Shown here: one piece after another, positions 1 through 12,548 of the stretch | How the letters are laid out: every line of letters starts with the position of its first letter | Position numbering within the stretch: position 1 is the first letter of the stretch | DNA from: Trichodelitschia bisporula | Lineage: Eukaryota | Assembly (NCBI GenBank): GCA_010356995.1 | Contig: ML996703.1 | Coordinates: forward strand, 744,001-785,001 | Direction: 5' to 3' | Length of the DNA stretch: 41,001 bases | The notes under the pieces: generated by a model | Database searches by the model: none | What the model saw: only the letters and a program-made list of their open reading frames with translations | What the model was told of the DNA's origin: nothing | Program-made: the position numbers and the translations under genes

Positions 1-1003
1 GGATCTACGGTAGCATGGGATGCTCGGCTTTGACCACGCCTGTGGATACCCGATGTCCCAAAGCTCACACTATTGCTTTGCGCCGAACTATCCCACCCTT
101 TTAGGTTCCGATGTCCCTCATATCAGCCGGGGTATCAAAGCTCATCACCATGTTGAAGTCTGTGCTCCGGTCGCCATGCCAGACTTGAACGTCATCTGTG
201 TCACCCATATGATGAACCGGAGACAGAGACGGCAATACTGGCCAACTGATGAATTGACTTCTCTTAGTGGCTGTTCAGAGCTTACCTCCAATCAAACTCT
301 TTAAGTTCCGCCATTCACTATGCGTTCATCATCACCAGTACCACGTGACCTGGATATCTCGACGTTCTCATGAGCAGCCTCAATGTCGAAGGAAAACCGA
401 TCTCATGCTCATCTAAGTCTCTGTGGTCATTTCAGTCTTATTGCTTACCACCACTACTAGGAATTTCTTCTAAGTGGTCTCTCGGAGTGTTTTCTCCTAC
501 GTCGGAGTTCCGAGGACGACTTCAATTTCGGCCTATCATCCCACCAATGCGGCGATCATGGTCCAAACGACGTCCTCTGATTAGTGCCAAACTTATCAAT
601 GAGTTAAGGAATCCATCCGCTCAGGATTTCTAATCAGACATGAACATCTTTGGAACAAAGTGGATAGAAATGAGATGACTTGATTGTTGACTTGGGGGAA
701 ACCCTCACTATCTACACAACCAGTATGCTTGCATCTCTCAGGCGTAACTGCAGTGACAGTAATGGTGATTTCCCTTGAGTAACCAGACAGGCACGGCGGT
801 CTCGGTGGGAAGTGACCAATCGAGGACCTATTGCACCTGGCAACATCAGTCGGTCTGTTGTTTACAGAGGTAGCATCCTACGAGTTCTCTGCCCAAGGTC
901 AAGCGATATAAAGGCCGTTACAGCCAGGTGCCGTTGTCTCCCCGCTCAGATTCTGTTTCAATCGTTCCACAATTATCTGACATCATCTCAATTCACTTAT
1001 GCA

Positions 1004-2488
1004 ATGACCGCCAAGTCTGCCAGCGATATGTCAACTCTAACAGCTCAGAAGTCCTATCCACTGGGTCTCGGAGACCTGACTCTAGGGACCAGGATCGTAT
1101 CGGCAACAGAATCCTCTTCCCGGGCACTCGCTTCTGATGATATTCACCGTCCGGTCCCGGGTGTATACACAGCCCAAGAGCTCGTCCAGCGAACCTCCCC
1201 TCTCCTCGACTCCGTCATCGCCCAACTCGGTCTAGATCCTTCAGGCGGCCCCTCCGCCCAGGACATTCTTCTCGACAGCCTTGCCGAAAGCCTTTCATCC
1301 ACAGGTAAACTCTCCACCTTACCCATCATGAAAACCGACCTCAAAACCGACGAGATAATCCGGAACTCCGATATTATCGGCCTTACCCTCGTCACCTACG
1401 CCCGCTCGTCCAGCAACCCCTCCACCGGCAACCCAGCACTCCACATCCGCTGCCGCGAACGCCACCCCTGGGCGCGCACAGTCAGAGTCCTTCTCTTAGG
1501 CTCGCGCGGCCACCCTGACCTCCTTCAGGTCTACGACGAATGGCCGCACCGGCTGATCCGCCTACGCGATGCACTCCTACCCTTCGAGAACTTCGCGGAA
1601 GTGCCCCTTGTCATAACTAGCCGGCACGGTCTTCGAAGCGTGGAAAAACACTGCGGCATTAGCTTTCCGCGTGCCCTTTCCGGCAACTTCTCCAAAGGAG
1701 ACGGGTTCCCCCTTGGAGGGGTCATCATGCTCGCGAAGGCCCTGATGGGCCCGATCTCCAAGGCGGCGGGTACGGATTCCAGTACGCCCACGGCACCGTG
1801 CTGCCGGCTTTTCTATCGGGCTCTGCGAGCCGCAATCTTTTGCGCTACCACCCTGCCTTCATTGATACCAGCCAGACGGCTCGGCTCCCCGTTGGCGCCA
1901 AGCAGTGGTACGAAACCCCACGCGTGGAGATCGCGCATTCGGGAGCGCCGTCAGGTTTGGCGGAGGAGCACTGGCCCGCTGCTGTGCCGGTGGTCCGCTC
2001 GAAGCTCGAGGTCGGCTCGGTGATGGGCCCGGATTGCTGCGGGTTGAATCTGCGGGCTGAGTATGGGTGTGGAAATCGGGCGGTTGTTGACGTTGGGCAG
2101 GTGGGCCGTGGGTGGAGGCGTTCGTCTGTGGCTGGGACAGAGGGAGAAGAGCCTTGGGTTGTGGTTGCTGACGTCAGGCAGGTGTGCGAGGGGCGGTGGG
2201 ATTCGCTTGTGACTGGGAGAGAGGGAGTGGAGATTGAGCCTGTAGATGATAGGGTGTGGGTCCATGAGCTAGGTGAGGTTTTTGGGCAGGAGGGTTTACT
2301 CGCTTGTGGACGGAGGGGGGATATACATGTTGTCCGTGTGTCCGGAGCGGTTGGGACGTTAATGGTGCTTGGGAAGGTGTATACCGAAAACACGGTTCTT
2401 GTGGAGGGCAGTGGAGATGTTGTGGATAGGGCTTTGGGGGCGGGTAAGAGTTACCCTGGGCGCAATTGTTATTGCGAGGATGGGATAG
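1004..2488 (+). pseudogene. Frameshifted hypothetical protein gene (pseudogene or sequencing error)
   Basis: TATAAA at 907-912 and ATG at 1004. Protein-like sequence runs in the frame of ORF 812..2023 to about LAKAL (~1745), then continues in another frame (GGGYGFQYAHGTVLPAFLSG..LLRYHPA..LGKVYTEN). No intron signals at the switch. A second shift near 2460 would give AIVIARMG* ending 2488 (inferred). Confidence 0.5.
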
Positions 2489-3204
2489 GAACTGATGGTA
2501 TTTCATTCATGGCTCGGCTGGCGTTGATATCATTGACTGGTAGTGGTAACTTCCTTGACATTGGTGTACATGCCAAACCAGACTGTGGCTGGGCCTTGAT
2601 CGTGACGCATCACTCCATGGAGCGGCTCGGAAATCCACCCAACCTGAACAACCACTTCCATCCCAGCACGACCTAGCTAATGCAATATCCAGCACATGGA
2701 CGCTCCATCGGACATCTTTCCAGCCGTAGATAACGTGGCCACCAAGTCGGCTCGCTCCGTGGAACCCAGCCTCGTCAACCTACGCCTGCGCAGTATTCAG
2801 GCACACCCGCCCACCACCGGCCGAAGATAGCAATATTTTCCGTCATCCACAATAAGGCACTATGGAGCTTCTGGAACCCGCTACTAGTGAAAATAGCCAC
2901 TTCCACTCTCATATCCTGCCTCGAACCGCCGCTCCGAAACCCACCAATCAGCAGCCTCGGGCAATATAAATCATCCACTACTCTCCATCCCCTCCGCTCA
3001 AAGCCAGGAGCACGGATAGACCGTTTCATGTCCATTGAACCGAAGCCGCCGCGCGGACGATCGCATTGGCGATAAGCGGGATATGAATGCGGCGGCGAGC
3101 ACGTCGCTGCGGCCGCTGTATCCTCACCTCCACGCTCTTTCAGAAGCCCACACTCGTTAGTATAGGAATCGACTCACTCGTCGCTCCTTCCGTCCCTCGT
3201 TAAA

Positions 3205-5021
3205 ATGGCCCCCCACTTTCTGGTCGCGCTTGCCCTCGCCCTCCCCATCTCCGCCACGCTACACCCGCGCCAACGGTCCCCGACCGCAGCGAGCAGTTGC
3301 ACCGTAACCGCCTATGCCGACATCCCGCGTGCAACGTCCTCCTGCACGAGCATCGTACTCAGTGCTCTCACTATCCCGCCGTGGAAGCAAATCGACCTGC
3401 GCAAGCTGAAGGATGGCACGAGCGTAACCTTCGTCGGGAAGACGGTGTTCCAGCAGCAGCGGGCAGCGGTAGGTGGGGGCCGGGATGATGGGGACGATCG
3501 GAAGGTGAAGAGCGTGGCCGTGGATGAGGAGGAGCCAATGATTCGGTTGGGCGGGAAGGATATCTCGCTCATTGGGGCGCCGGGGTCGCTGCTTTATGGG
3601 AGTGGGGAGGAGCTTTGGGATGGGATTGGGTCGAATCCGGGGCATACGGTTAAGAAGTAGGTCTTCCACAAGGATGAGGGGAGTGAGATGTGGCTGATGC
3701 GGCCCAGGCCGAAGGACTTCATGAAGTTGAATAAGATCAAGGGGAACTCGGTTGTGCGGGGTCTGCATGTACAGAACTGGCCGGTGCGCCTGTTCAGCCT
3801 GTTTGACGTCAACGGGCTGGTGATGGAGGATCTGAATCTCAACAACGCGGATGGGGATAAGCGGGTCCAGTGGACGAACACGGAGAAGGGGACCACAGGG
3901 TCTGGCACTGCAGCGCATAATACCGATGCGTTTGGCCTGGCGAAGGCGTATAACATTACTATTCGGAACTCGCGCATTCATAACCAGGATGATTGTATTG
4001 CCATCACATCTGGAGGCAATATTCTTGCGGAGAACATCACCTGCATTGGAGGCCATGGGTTGAGCATCGGGAGTATTGGCGGGAAGGGCAAGGGGGGATC
4101 TGATGAGGTCGAGCGTGAGTTCTGCACTCCTTCATCCTCTTCCCATCTAACATGTATCAGGCAACACGGTAAAGGGCGTGATATTCAGGAACAGCCAGGT
4201 CCTGGATAGCCAAAACGGCGTCCGGATCAAGTCGAACGCAGGCGAAAAGGGCCACGTTGAGAAGTCAGTACCTCCATTCATAGCACGAGCCATACTAACC
4301 GTCTCAGCGTAACCTTCGAAAACATCTTCATCGGCAACGCAACCTCCATTGGCGTCGCCATCCATCAAGACTACAGCAACGCCAAGGCTAAGTCAGGTAC
4401 TGCCTCTCATCACCCCATGTCAGAGCCAGGCTAAAACCCGCAGGCACAACCTCCAACCTTGTCATGTTCAAGGATATCGTCCTCACCAATGTTACCGGCA
4501 CCGCGTCTCCCAAGGCTCAGAACTACTATGTAAAGTGCGGCGACGGTTCGTGTGTCAACTTCAAGTGGACCGACGTCCGTATTACCGGCGGTCAAAAGGA
4601 CAGCTGCTCGGCCACAGACGCGAACGTCGAGATTGCGGGTAACTTCCTGTGCGGCGCTGGAGAAGGCCCGGCCACGGGCTCCGGTAGCTACGATCCGGCC
4701 GCCAAAAAGCCAGCGGCTACCAACTCCAGATTGGACAGGCCCGCCAAACTCCAGCCTAGTAAGCTAGCCAAACCCGAGTCTTCCAAATCCGCTAAAATCA
4801 CGTCCACAAAATCAGTTAAGGCGGAGTCAAGCAGGAAGGTTAAGACTCAAGCAACGAGCACGGCAGGTATTACGAAATCTCTGCCTCTTGAAGCGTCAAG
4901 GCCTTGGCCTACTAGCGCTGAGGCCACGAAGGGTGTACATTTGGATGCTACGGCCCCTCGAGTGGAGTCTACGAGAACTGCTGAATGGCTGTGGGAAACG
5001 TCGAAACCGGGCATGTTATAG
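3205..5021 (+). CDS. Secreted endopolygalacturonase (GH28) with basic low-complexity C-terminal tail; 4 introns
   Basis: Signal peptide MAPHFLVALALALPISA. All four GH28 motifs present: HNTD, QDD, GHGLSIGS, RIK. Introns at 3657-3707, ~4115-4160, ~4264-4307, ~4397-4443. Confidence 0.93.
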
Positions 5022-5130
5022 TCTAAAAGTCAGCGAAGTTGGCTATGAAGCCGCAAAGCCATAACTTACAGGTGACTCGGCTGGCCAGAACCGATGCCTA
5101 CTCATAACGAGTAGCAGCGACCAGCACTTT

Positions 5131-5580
5131 TCAGCTCATGAGCAAATTCCAACCCCATCCCGCAACCCCCAACATCCACCCCACAGTCCCATAATACCCC
5201 ACAATACGCCCCAACCCAGCCCTCCCCTTCCAAAACAGGCCCAGCTCCGCATGGGCAACTCTAAACGCCAGCAGTGCGCCCATTGCCCAGCCCAGCGTCC
5301 TCTTCTCCGCACCATTCGCCTCCGCCAGCGCCGCCAGGATCAGCGCAAGGGGAATGTTGTCCATGTAGTTGGCCTCAGCGCGCACGGCTGTGTGCAGTGG
5401 GTCGTCCGCGAGATTGGGGAAGGCGCCGGCGTACGCGGGCGAGGCGCTGACGCGGTTGCCTGCGATGACGTAGTACTTGCGGCGCTGGTAGGCGGTGCGG
5501 AAGGACAGGAGGATGTAGTAGGCCGTGAAGGGAAAGGCCCAGGCGCCAGTTGTCGGAAGGAAGGGACGGATGGTCGTCAT
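5131..5580 (-). CDS. MAPEG family membrane protein
   Basis: R-A-x-x-N-Y-M-D-N-I-P-L pattern, LAEANG, RVAHAELGL, GRIVGYYGT and four hydrophobic segments. ATG at 5580. Confidence 0.85.
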   Translation of the reverse strand: MTTIRPFLPTTGAWAFPFTAYYILLSFRTAYQRRKYYVIAGNRVSASPAYAGAFPNLADDPLHTAVRAEANYMDNIPLALILAALAEANGAEKRTLGWAMGALLAFRVAHAELGLFWKGRAGLGRIVGYYGTVGWMLGVAGWGWNLLMS

Positions 5581-6151
5581 GATGGCGGGGAGGTTAGCCT
5601 CTTTGTGGTGAGCTGCACTGATCAATTGAGTCTGTGGGGGAGGTGCGAGGTAATGAGGTATAGATATGCTTAAAGATTCAATATCAACAACAGGAAAAGC
5701 TGGAGACTATTAACGAAAGAGATATGAGGGCCACTTCGCGGTTAGGTTTAGAGGATTGGGATGCTATATTAGCAACGGATACAAATGGTTCGCCCTTGCG
5801 TGGTGGAGGTTCATACGATTGCATATGCGATGACGGCATCCTGGCATCGGCTATGAAGGCTCGATCCAGCGGCCGTCCCACAGGTGGTGGATCCTAGGGG
5901 ACCGATGGTGGCGCATGGAGTAGGAGTGTGGCTGGAATGCGCCTTCTTTCAGAGCTTGGAAGGATAAAAGCCTCATGCACTTGATATCGTAGTTGGATTC
6001 CACTTCACCGTAGAAGGCCAAAGCGCATGCCGTCGTCTCATCTCAACCGGACAACGTTTGCCATACCATCGTATTCCGATAACGTTGTGTTCCCCTAGTG
6101 AAGCATTCGACGCCCAAAAACGCCCAAGAACGTTACGCCTTCCTCAATAGC

Positions 6152-6742
6152 TCACTTCCCCAAATCACTCGGCCCAAACGACATCGGCAACATCTACCAT
6201 CATCAGCCTAGCCCGCTCACACACCACCTGTAAAATGACTCACCTCTCCAACCGTAATCCACGCCGTATCGCCGTTCCCCGCCACCATAATTACCGGCAC
6301 ATCCTCGGCGCAAAACTCGCGAATAAACTGCCTGCACATGCCGCACGGCGAGCATGCGCGTTCCCCATCCGTCGCCACGGCAATCGCGCGAAACGCCCCT
6401 GAGCGCAACCCGGACGCAGCGGCATGACCCAGTGCGACACGCTCTGCGCACATCCCGACAGGGTAACTGGCATTCTCGACGTTGGCGCCCGTTATTATGG
6501 TGCCAGCGAGGGACCCGGCGGCGGAAGAGAGGAGCACAGCACAGCCGACACGGAAGTTAGAGTATGGGCCTGGGAGGAGTAAGTGGCTGGTAGGGGGAGA
6601 AAGGAGTGGCGGGCGTACAGTACGCCCTGGATTTGGCTTCAATGCATTTTTCCTTGAGTGTGGAGACCTCCACACTGGTCAGACCGTAGGTTGGAGAGGA
6701 GGGGGGGGGGTTGGAGGGAGTGGTGATGTTGCTGGTGGACAT
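6152..6742 (-). CDS. CDD1: Cytidine deaminase (homotetrameric type); 2 introns
   Basis: AYC/PYSNFRVG, GANVENASY, CAE and PCGMCRQFIREF zinc motifs. Last exon MLPMSFGPSDLGK* with stop at 6152-6154. Confidence 0.95.
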
Positions 6743-6972
6743 GGTGAGAGAGAGGGGGAGCTGGAAGCTGAGAGCGGGTCTGTTGACGTAGGTGCAGCTG
6801 ACGGCTGATGGGACGGGATATTATTGTTCCGCGGAATGCCGTGGCGGTGGCCTGGTGATGCAGTGCAAGTGAAGGAGGACGGAATGCGGTAAGATTTCTG
6901 TTACTTTGTGTACAGACTAACGGTGATAGGTATGTGGTGGTTGAAAGTGCGAACGCTGGATACATTTCTGGC

Positions 6973-8328
6973 TTAGAGCTCATCCTTCCGGTGAACGGCC
7001 TCTTCAGCCTTGCCTTCAGCCTCAGCCTCATCGATCTCCACATCCTTCTCCGCCTGCTTCTTCTTTTCTATCTTTCCATCCTCCTTCTTCGCCTTCTTCT
7101 CTTCCTTCTTTCCACTCTTCTTTTCTTCCTTCGCTCTCTCTTCCTTCAGCTCCGCCATCTGCTTCTTCAACTCTCCCGCCTCCGGCAACTCATGCGCCTC
7201 GAACCACTTCAACGCCTCCTTCGTGGCATGGAAGAACGGCAGTCCAGGCGGCGTAACCGAGATCTTATTGATCACAACCACCTCATCCTTCTGCAACTCC
7301 GCCCCCCTCGGCCACACATGCCCAACCCCCCTCAGCGAATAATGCAAGTTCGTCAACCACCTCTCCTCCCTCAAATCCACCTTCCCCCTAACCTCCTCCT
7401 TCCCGCTCCCAACACAAGCATGCGCCACCCGGACAGCGCCCCCGCCGAACACAACCCCCTCACTCACCCACCCCCCTATCATCTCAGTCTCATACGTCGC
7501 ATCTGAATACTCACTCTTCTGCGGCCCCCCCACCACCTCCCCACATCCATTCCGTCCCCTCCACCCCTCAATCCACTCCACCACCTTCACCGTCCTCTCA
7601 TCCCCCGCCCCCTCGGGAGGCCAATACGGCGCAACCACATCTGCATTCCCATGCATCTCAAGCAACGGCACCGGCCTGCGCCCCGGCCGACACCGCGCCC
7701 ACGCTCGCCCGCTCACACTCTCGTCCCCGGGTTTAGCCTCGAAGAACAACCCCCCCACGATCGCAACGCTAGCAATCCGCGTACTCAGCACAGGCGAACA
7801 AGCGAATAGATGCGTCATCCCGCCCCCTGTTCCGAGGCCCGCGACATGCACGCGCCGCGTATCGATGCAATACTTTGTCCCGAGATGGTCCAGCAGCGCC
7901 GCGGTGCGGACGATATCCGAACGGTTATCCCGCGTGTGGTCCGGCTCGTAGTCGGCCATGGGGTCGGACGTCCAGTATCCCTCCCCGGGTCAGCACTGCC
8001 CATAGCAACGTACGGGAAGGGAACTCACTTCTTTAGCGTTGGGGTACACGACCACCCACCCCGCGTTCTTGTCCTCGTCGTGGAAACCCGTCCCAATGCC
8101 CATCGTTTCCCCGGTCTCCCCGCGGTCGTGCAGCGCAATGATGACGCCGGTTGGCGTGCGCCCGTCGTATGTTGTCGGCAAATGGACGCGCAGCTCGCGG
8201 CCGTCGAAGTCGTATATCCGTTCGCCGGCTTTCACCTCGCCGGCGCCGGCGCTGATGCTGCAGCCGGGACTCGGGTCCGCAGCCACATATGCGCAGAGCA
8301 GCGCGAAGAGCGCGATGGTGAAGTGCAT
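6973..8328 (-). CDS. Secretory-pathway CE1/LpqC (PHB depolymerase/feruloyl esterase)-like alpha/beta hydrolase homologue; nucleophile Ser absent; C-terminal KDEL; 1 intron
   Basis: Signal peptide, SPGC, VHLPTTYD, VVYPN, YCIDTRRV, LEMHGNAD, GHVWP. Intron ~7981-8029 (GTGAGT..GCTGAC..AG) joins to GYWTSDPMADY. Protein ends HRKDEL*. Confidence 0.85.
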
Positions 8329-9134
8329 GGTTGCCGTCTAGCTTCCACGATACCCCGGCGAGCCTTTTGTGACGTCTGCCCTCACCTCAAAAATTCCAAA
8401 GACCACCTCACCACGCCCAGACTACGTCCATGCGCGAGCATACGCACATAACGCCGATCGCCGCAAATAGCCCTCTGCCACGCTGGTGTGTCGCGCATAG
8501 AGTGCCGAGCCCGGGAGGCATATTGCCTCGACCGATATTCGAGGCATTGACGAGCCCTGTGCGCACAGACCGGTCCGGTGGTATGATGCAACCAGAGTGA
8601 AGGGCACGGAGGTGGGTGAGGGCTCCGGGCCAGAGGTTGCTGAGATAACGCCGGTACGTACCCGGCAGAGTGACGCCCGAAGATGGGCAGGCCGCCCCCT
8701 GTCGGCTTGAGACGCAGCGGCGGCGCCACGAGGCGGGACGGCCGTCTCATGCGCGTGGGGGAGGTCGCGGTGCGGGGCTTGTAAAGCTTGAAACGTCATT
8801 ATTGTCCGCTTCGGTTTACTTCGGTATGCGGGGAAGCTAAGGCTTGCTGCAATGTTAATCACATTCGACCACCCGCACATCGAAGGATGGGTTAGGACGC
8901 GGAGATGCGGGGGCGGCGAGGATAAGGCTACTGTCACACAGCAGCAGATACCACAAAGGCAACTAGAAAACAGGTCTGGATTTACTGGATGCTGCACTTG
9001 AACGGCAAACCACATAGGCCCTTCTTCGGGGTGTCTTCTTCCTCCACATGCTGCTGTGGCTGCGGGGCTGCAGCTTTCGCGGCACCCGCACCGTTAGACG
9101 TGCCCGCAGCCGCGCCCTTCTCACCTCCATCTAG

Positions 9135-9919
9135 TCAAGAATGGGCCTTCGCAACAGCCTCGTAAAAGGCCTTGCCCTGCGCCTCCGCAATGCTGAGTTC
9201 CAACGCGCTAGGCTGGCGAGAGCCATCTGCGCCCGAAAACGTGCCGGCACCCCACGGGCTCCCACCGTGCACCTCGGACAAATTAGCCAGGCTCGCGAAG
9301 GTCGTCTTGTACCCCAGCGGGACGTAGATGATGCCGTGGTGGGCCAGCGTGGACATGGCCGCGATGGCAGTCGACTCCTGCCCGCCGCCCTGTGTGCCGG
9401 TGCTCACGAACAGGCCGCCGTATTTGCCCCAGTAGCCGCCGGTTTGCCATTGCCCGCCCGTCTTGTCCCAGAAGGTTTTCCATTGCGCGGGGAAGTTGCC
9501 GTAGCGCGTTGGGATGCCGAAGAGGATGCCGTCGTACTAGGGGGGGATGTTAGATGGAAGCTTGCGGGTGGGGAGGGGGGAAGTATTACCTGTGTCAGTG
9601 TGGCGGGGTCGTCGAGGGTGGGGATTGCGGAGTCCTTAGGCGGTGCGTGCATCTTCGCCAGGACCTCTTCGGTGAGCGTCTCTGGGACCCTAAGGCGGGG
9701 TTAGCGATGGGGTGGGAAGGTGAGGGAGGGGCTCGTACTGGTAGAGGTCGACGGTGCCACCGGCGGCTTCAATACCCTTCTTCTCCGCTTCGGCCAGCGT
9801 CTTGATGTGGCCGTACATGGAGTACTGGAGCGGGGGCGTCAGCATGTTGCACTGCAGGGTACATAGAGGGGTAGGCGGGGCAGGGAACTTACGAAGACGA
9901 TAGCGATCTTGGGAGCCAT
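9135..9919 (-). CDS. Flavodoxin-like NAD(P)H:quinone oxidoreductase (WrbA / Pst2-Ycp4 family); 3 introns
   Basis: [54 protein letters not shown]. Confidence 0.95.
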
Positions 9920-10050
9920 TGTGAGTGTGGGGGGAGAGGAAGATAGGATCTGAGTGTTGAGATAAGGTCGAGAGTTGTTAAGATGGAGTCTCAATGGGAA
10001 GAATCTGGAGGAATGATGATGAGGGCATGATTGCAGCGAAAGGCGAATGC

Positions 10051-10056
10051 TTTATA
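10051..10056 (-). promoter_or_regulatory. Putative TATA box of the WrbA-like gene
   Basis: TATAAA on the minus strand ~130 bp upstream of the ATG, followed by a CT-rich leader. Confidence 0.4.
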
Positions 10057-10823
10057 TGCCGGCGGGGTTGACCCCCATCTGCGGTGGAACACGCCATGGG
10101 AGGGGCCGGAGGGGGGGAGCTTTGGCTACAGTGGGCGGCGAGAGCTGCACCTACGTGCACGGAGAGGGTAAACGCTGCAAGGGCCACTCAGCATGCTCCA
10201 TTGATTCATACTGATTCGAGTTGCTGTTTGGAGCGGGGTAGGGGAGGACGGTGAGCTTAGCAACGGCTTGAGAGCGGAGTGCATAGAATGACAAAGGTGT
10301 TGGAAATCTGCCATTACTAATGCTGACCAGCACGGCAAGCTCTCTCGGAACCTCCTCCTCCGGCCGCCCAGGGGTCAACGGGTACCCGCTGCGGATAGCA
10401 GAATAACGTGAGGCTCCCACAGAGACTGTTGACAACATCTCAAATCAATTAGCAATGCTTTGTGTATCTCCCCTTCAATTGGTGATCGCGACAAAATCCG
10501 TAGTACCGTACATCATTAAACTACATTGGACACCATCGAAACTCCCGCCCTGGCGCGCTGAATTTACAGCAAGGGCCCACAGTGCCTTGATCACTATTCT
10601 CCAACGGTATTTACACTCGTACACCAACAGACGATAAGCCGAGGTCAATCGCGCATCCCTATAAGCACACAAAAGCCACAACACTCGCACATCATGCTCT
10701 TTTCGCACCATTGTGCCGCAAGCACGCTTCCCCACAACCGCATGCCGCCGGCCAATCCGGTCAGCGCCGACACCACTTCTTGCATGCGGCGAGCTGAAAC
10801 AACAATGAACTCTCCTCCGACTC

Positions 10824-11949
10824 TCATCTCTTCGGCGGCACCAGCGAGCTGATGTTAACGCCCATTCCGGCGAGCGCAGGCCCAACGTCCAGCATCGTCC
10901 GCATAGGATTCGACTGCAGCGCCGCCTCGTAGTACGTGAGGTGCTTCCCTTGGTACACGCTCCAGCGACCAACGATGTCCACGGGGATGATGCCATCGTG
11001 GTACTTCTTCATGATGGCCGTGATGACGCCAGCCTGATCCGTGTTGGAGCGCATCTCGGCGATGTTCTCGCCCGGCTTCAGTGTCAGGTCCTTCAGCGTC
11101 GAGTTGCCGATCGACGTGCCGTCGACGAAAAGATCTAGCGTCACGTCGCCCATTTGCAGGGTGATTGGAGACGCGTTCGGGATCGACACCTTGCCAATCA
11201 TGTTCGTGCCGTCGGGCTCGCGCGACAGCGAGATGTTGAAGTCGAGCACCTTGAAGCCGGCGAGCTTGTTGAGGCCTGGGCATGTTAGCGACGTAAGAGC
11301 ACGAGAACGGCATCCATACCCTTCGAAGTGACGATCTTGTTGAAGTTGACGTTGGTCTTGGGGAAGCCGCCCTGCTTGAGGCCCATACGGCCCCTGATTC
11401 CGACGCGGTACGTCTCGCTGTTCATGACGACCTTGTTGTACTCCTCGAACTGGCGCAGGTTCTTGATTTCCAGGGTCTGGTTGACGAAGATGATGCTGCG
11501 GTGCGTCGCCTTGACGCGGGGGATGGTGATGTAGCCGAAAGGCTGGATGGGCTCCGGACCCTCGAGGAAGAGCGCCGCCTCGAAGGAGTCGAGCCACGGC
11601 TCGAAGGAACTCTTGCTCTTGCTGATAGTCGTCATGGCCAGCTGAACGGAGTCGGGTGTCGGGTCCATCACGACCTGCGACTCCAGCTCCAGTTCGGCAT
11701 CATTGATACCATTTTGAGCTATGTTCGGTATGCCCACAAACATGCTGTCCGCGGTCAATGATGCTCCCTCGCAGTTGCGCGTGATACTTACAGCAGCAGT
11801 AACACCAACAGGAATCCGATGATGAAGATGATCAGATGTAACCACCAAAAACGCCTGAAATGTGCCTTGAGCTTGCCCTGCTTGCGCGGCGGCGCCGAGT
11901 ATCCCGGCGAGGAGACATGCTCCAAGGTGTCGTTCTTGTAGTCAGGCAT
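10824..11949 (-). CDS. Single-pass type II membrane protein, DUF3712-like; 2 introns
   Basis: Exon 1 MPDYKND..HFRRFWWLHLIIFIIGFLLVLLLL, then PNIAQ, PFGYITIP, KIVTSKG|LNKLAGF, IPNASPITLQMGDVT, LTLKPGEN, YYEAAL. Confidence 0.8.
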
Positions 11950-12518
11950 CTTGTCCAACGGCCAGAGAATGTTTTCTCAGAGACTGAAGCCGGTCCAGGT
12001 AGCTGGCGAAGGGAGACCGAGAAGGAAGTAGCGCAGCAGACGCACGACAGATATCCCAGATTGGTGTCAAGCCTCAGGTCCAAGCGGGCGGGTGTTCAAG
12101 GGGACCACGAGAGCATTAAGAACCTACAGCAGGCCAAGCTCCAGATGTCATTTTGGGGCGAATAGTGGGGGAGCCCAACGGCGACGCCAACGCAATTAAG
12201 ACCGAGGGAAGATCACAAGGGGGCCAGTGGGATGGTGGACGGAGGTTGAACTGCTTTACGAGTACTTCGCCATTATTATTGGGACAGGGTAGACTTACTC
12301 TGATACAAGAATCTCAAGCATGCGACAGCTACGCAATAGCCAATGAGCCGGCGTGGACCAACACTGTTTTGGGCGTCAAGGCCGAACATGCGCCAGTCCC
12401 GCGTCCAGGATATATTAGGTTATCCTGGACAAGGGCCTCGCCTCGGTTGCCTCGTGAGGCTGTGGAAGGGTTACAGAAGGCACATGCTGAAGAGTGGCAA
12501 TAATAATGACGGTCTGTG

Positions 12519-12548
12519 GGGGAGCAGACTGGGGAGCAGACTGGGGAG
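12519..12548. repeat. Short tandem repeat, 12-bp unit GGGGAGCAGACT x2.5
   Basis: Read directly from the sequence. Confidence 0.7.

Noticed and set aside
1..800. Short ORFs at the window start
   Set aside because: Possibly a decayed gene, but no motif I can support.
9058..9111. GGCTGCGGG/CCCGCAGCC hairpin downstream of the WrbA-like stop codon
   Set aside because: A 9-bp stem in very GC-rich sequence is plausible by chance.
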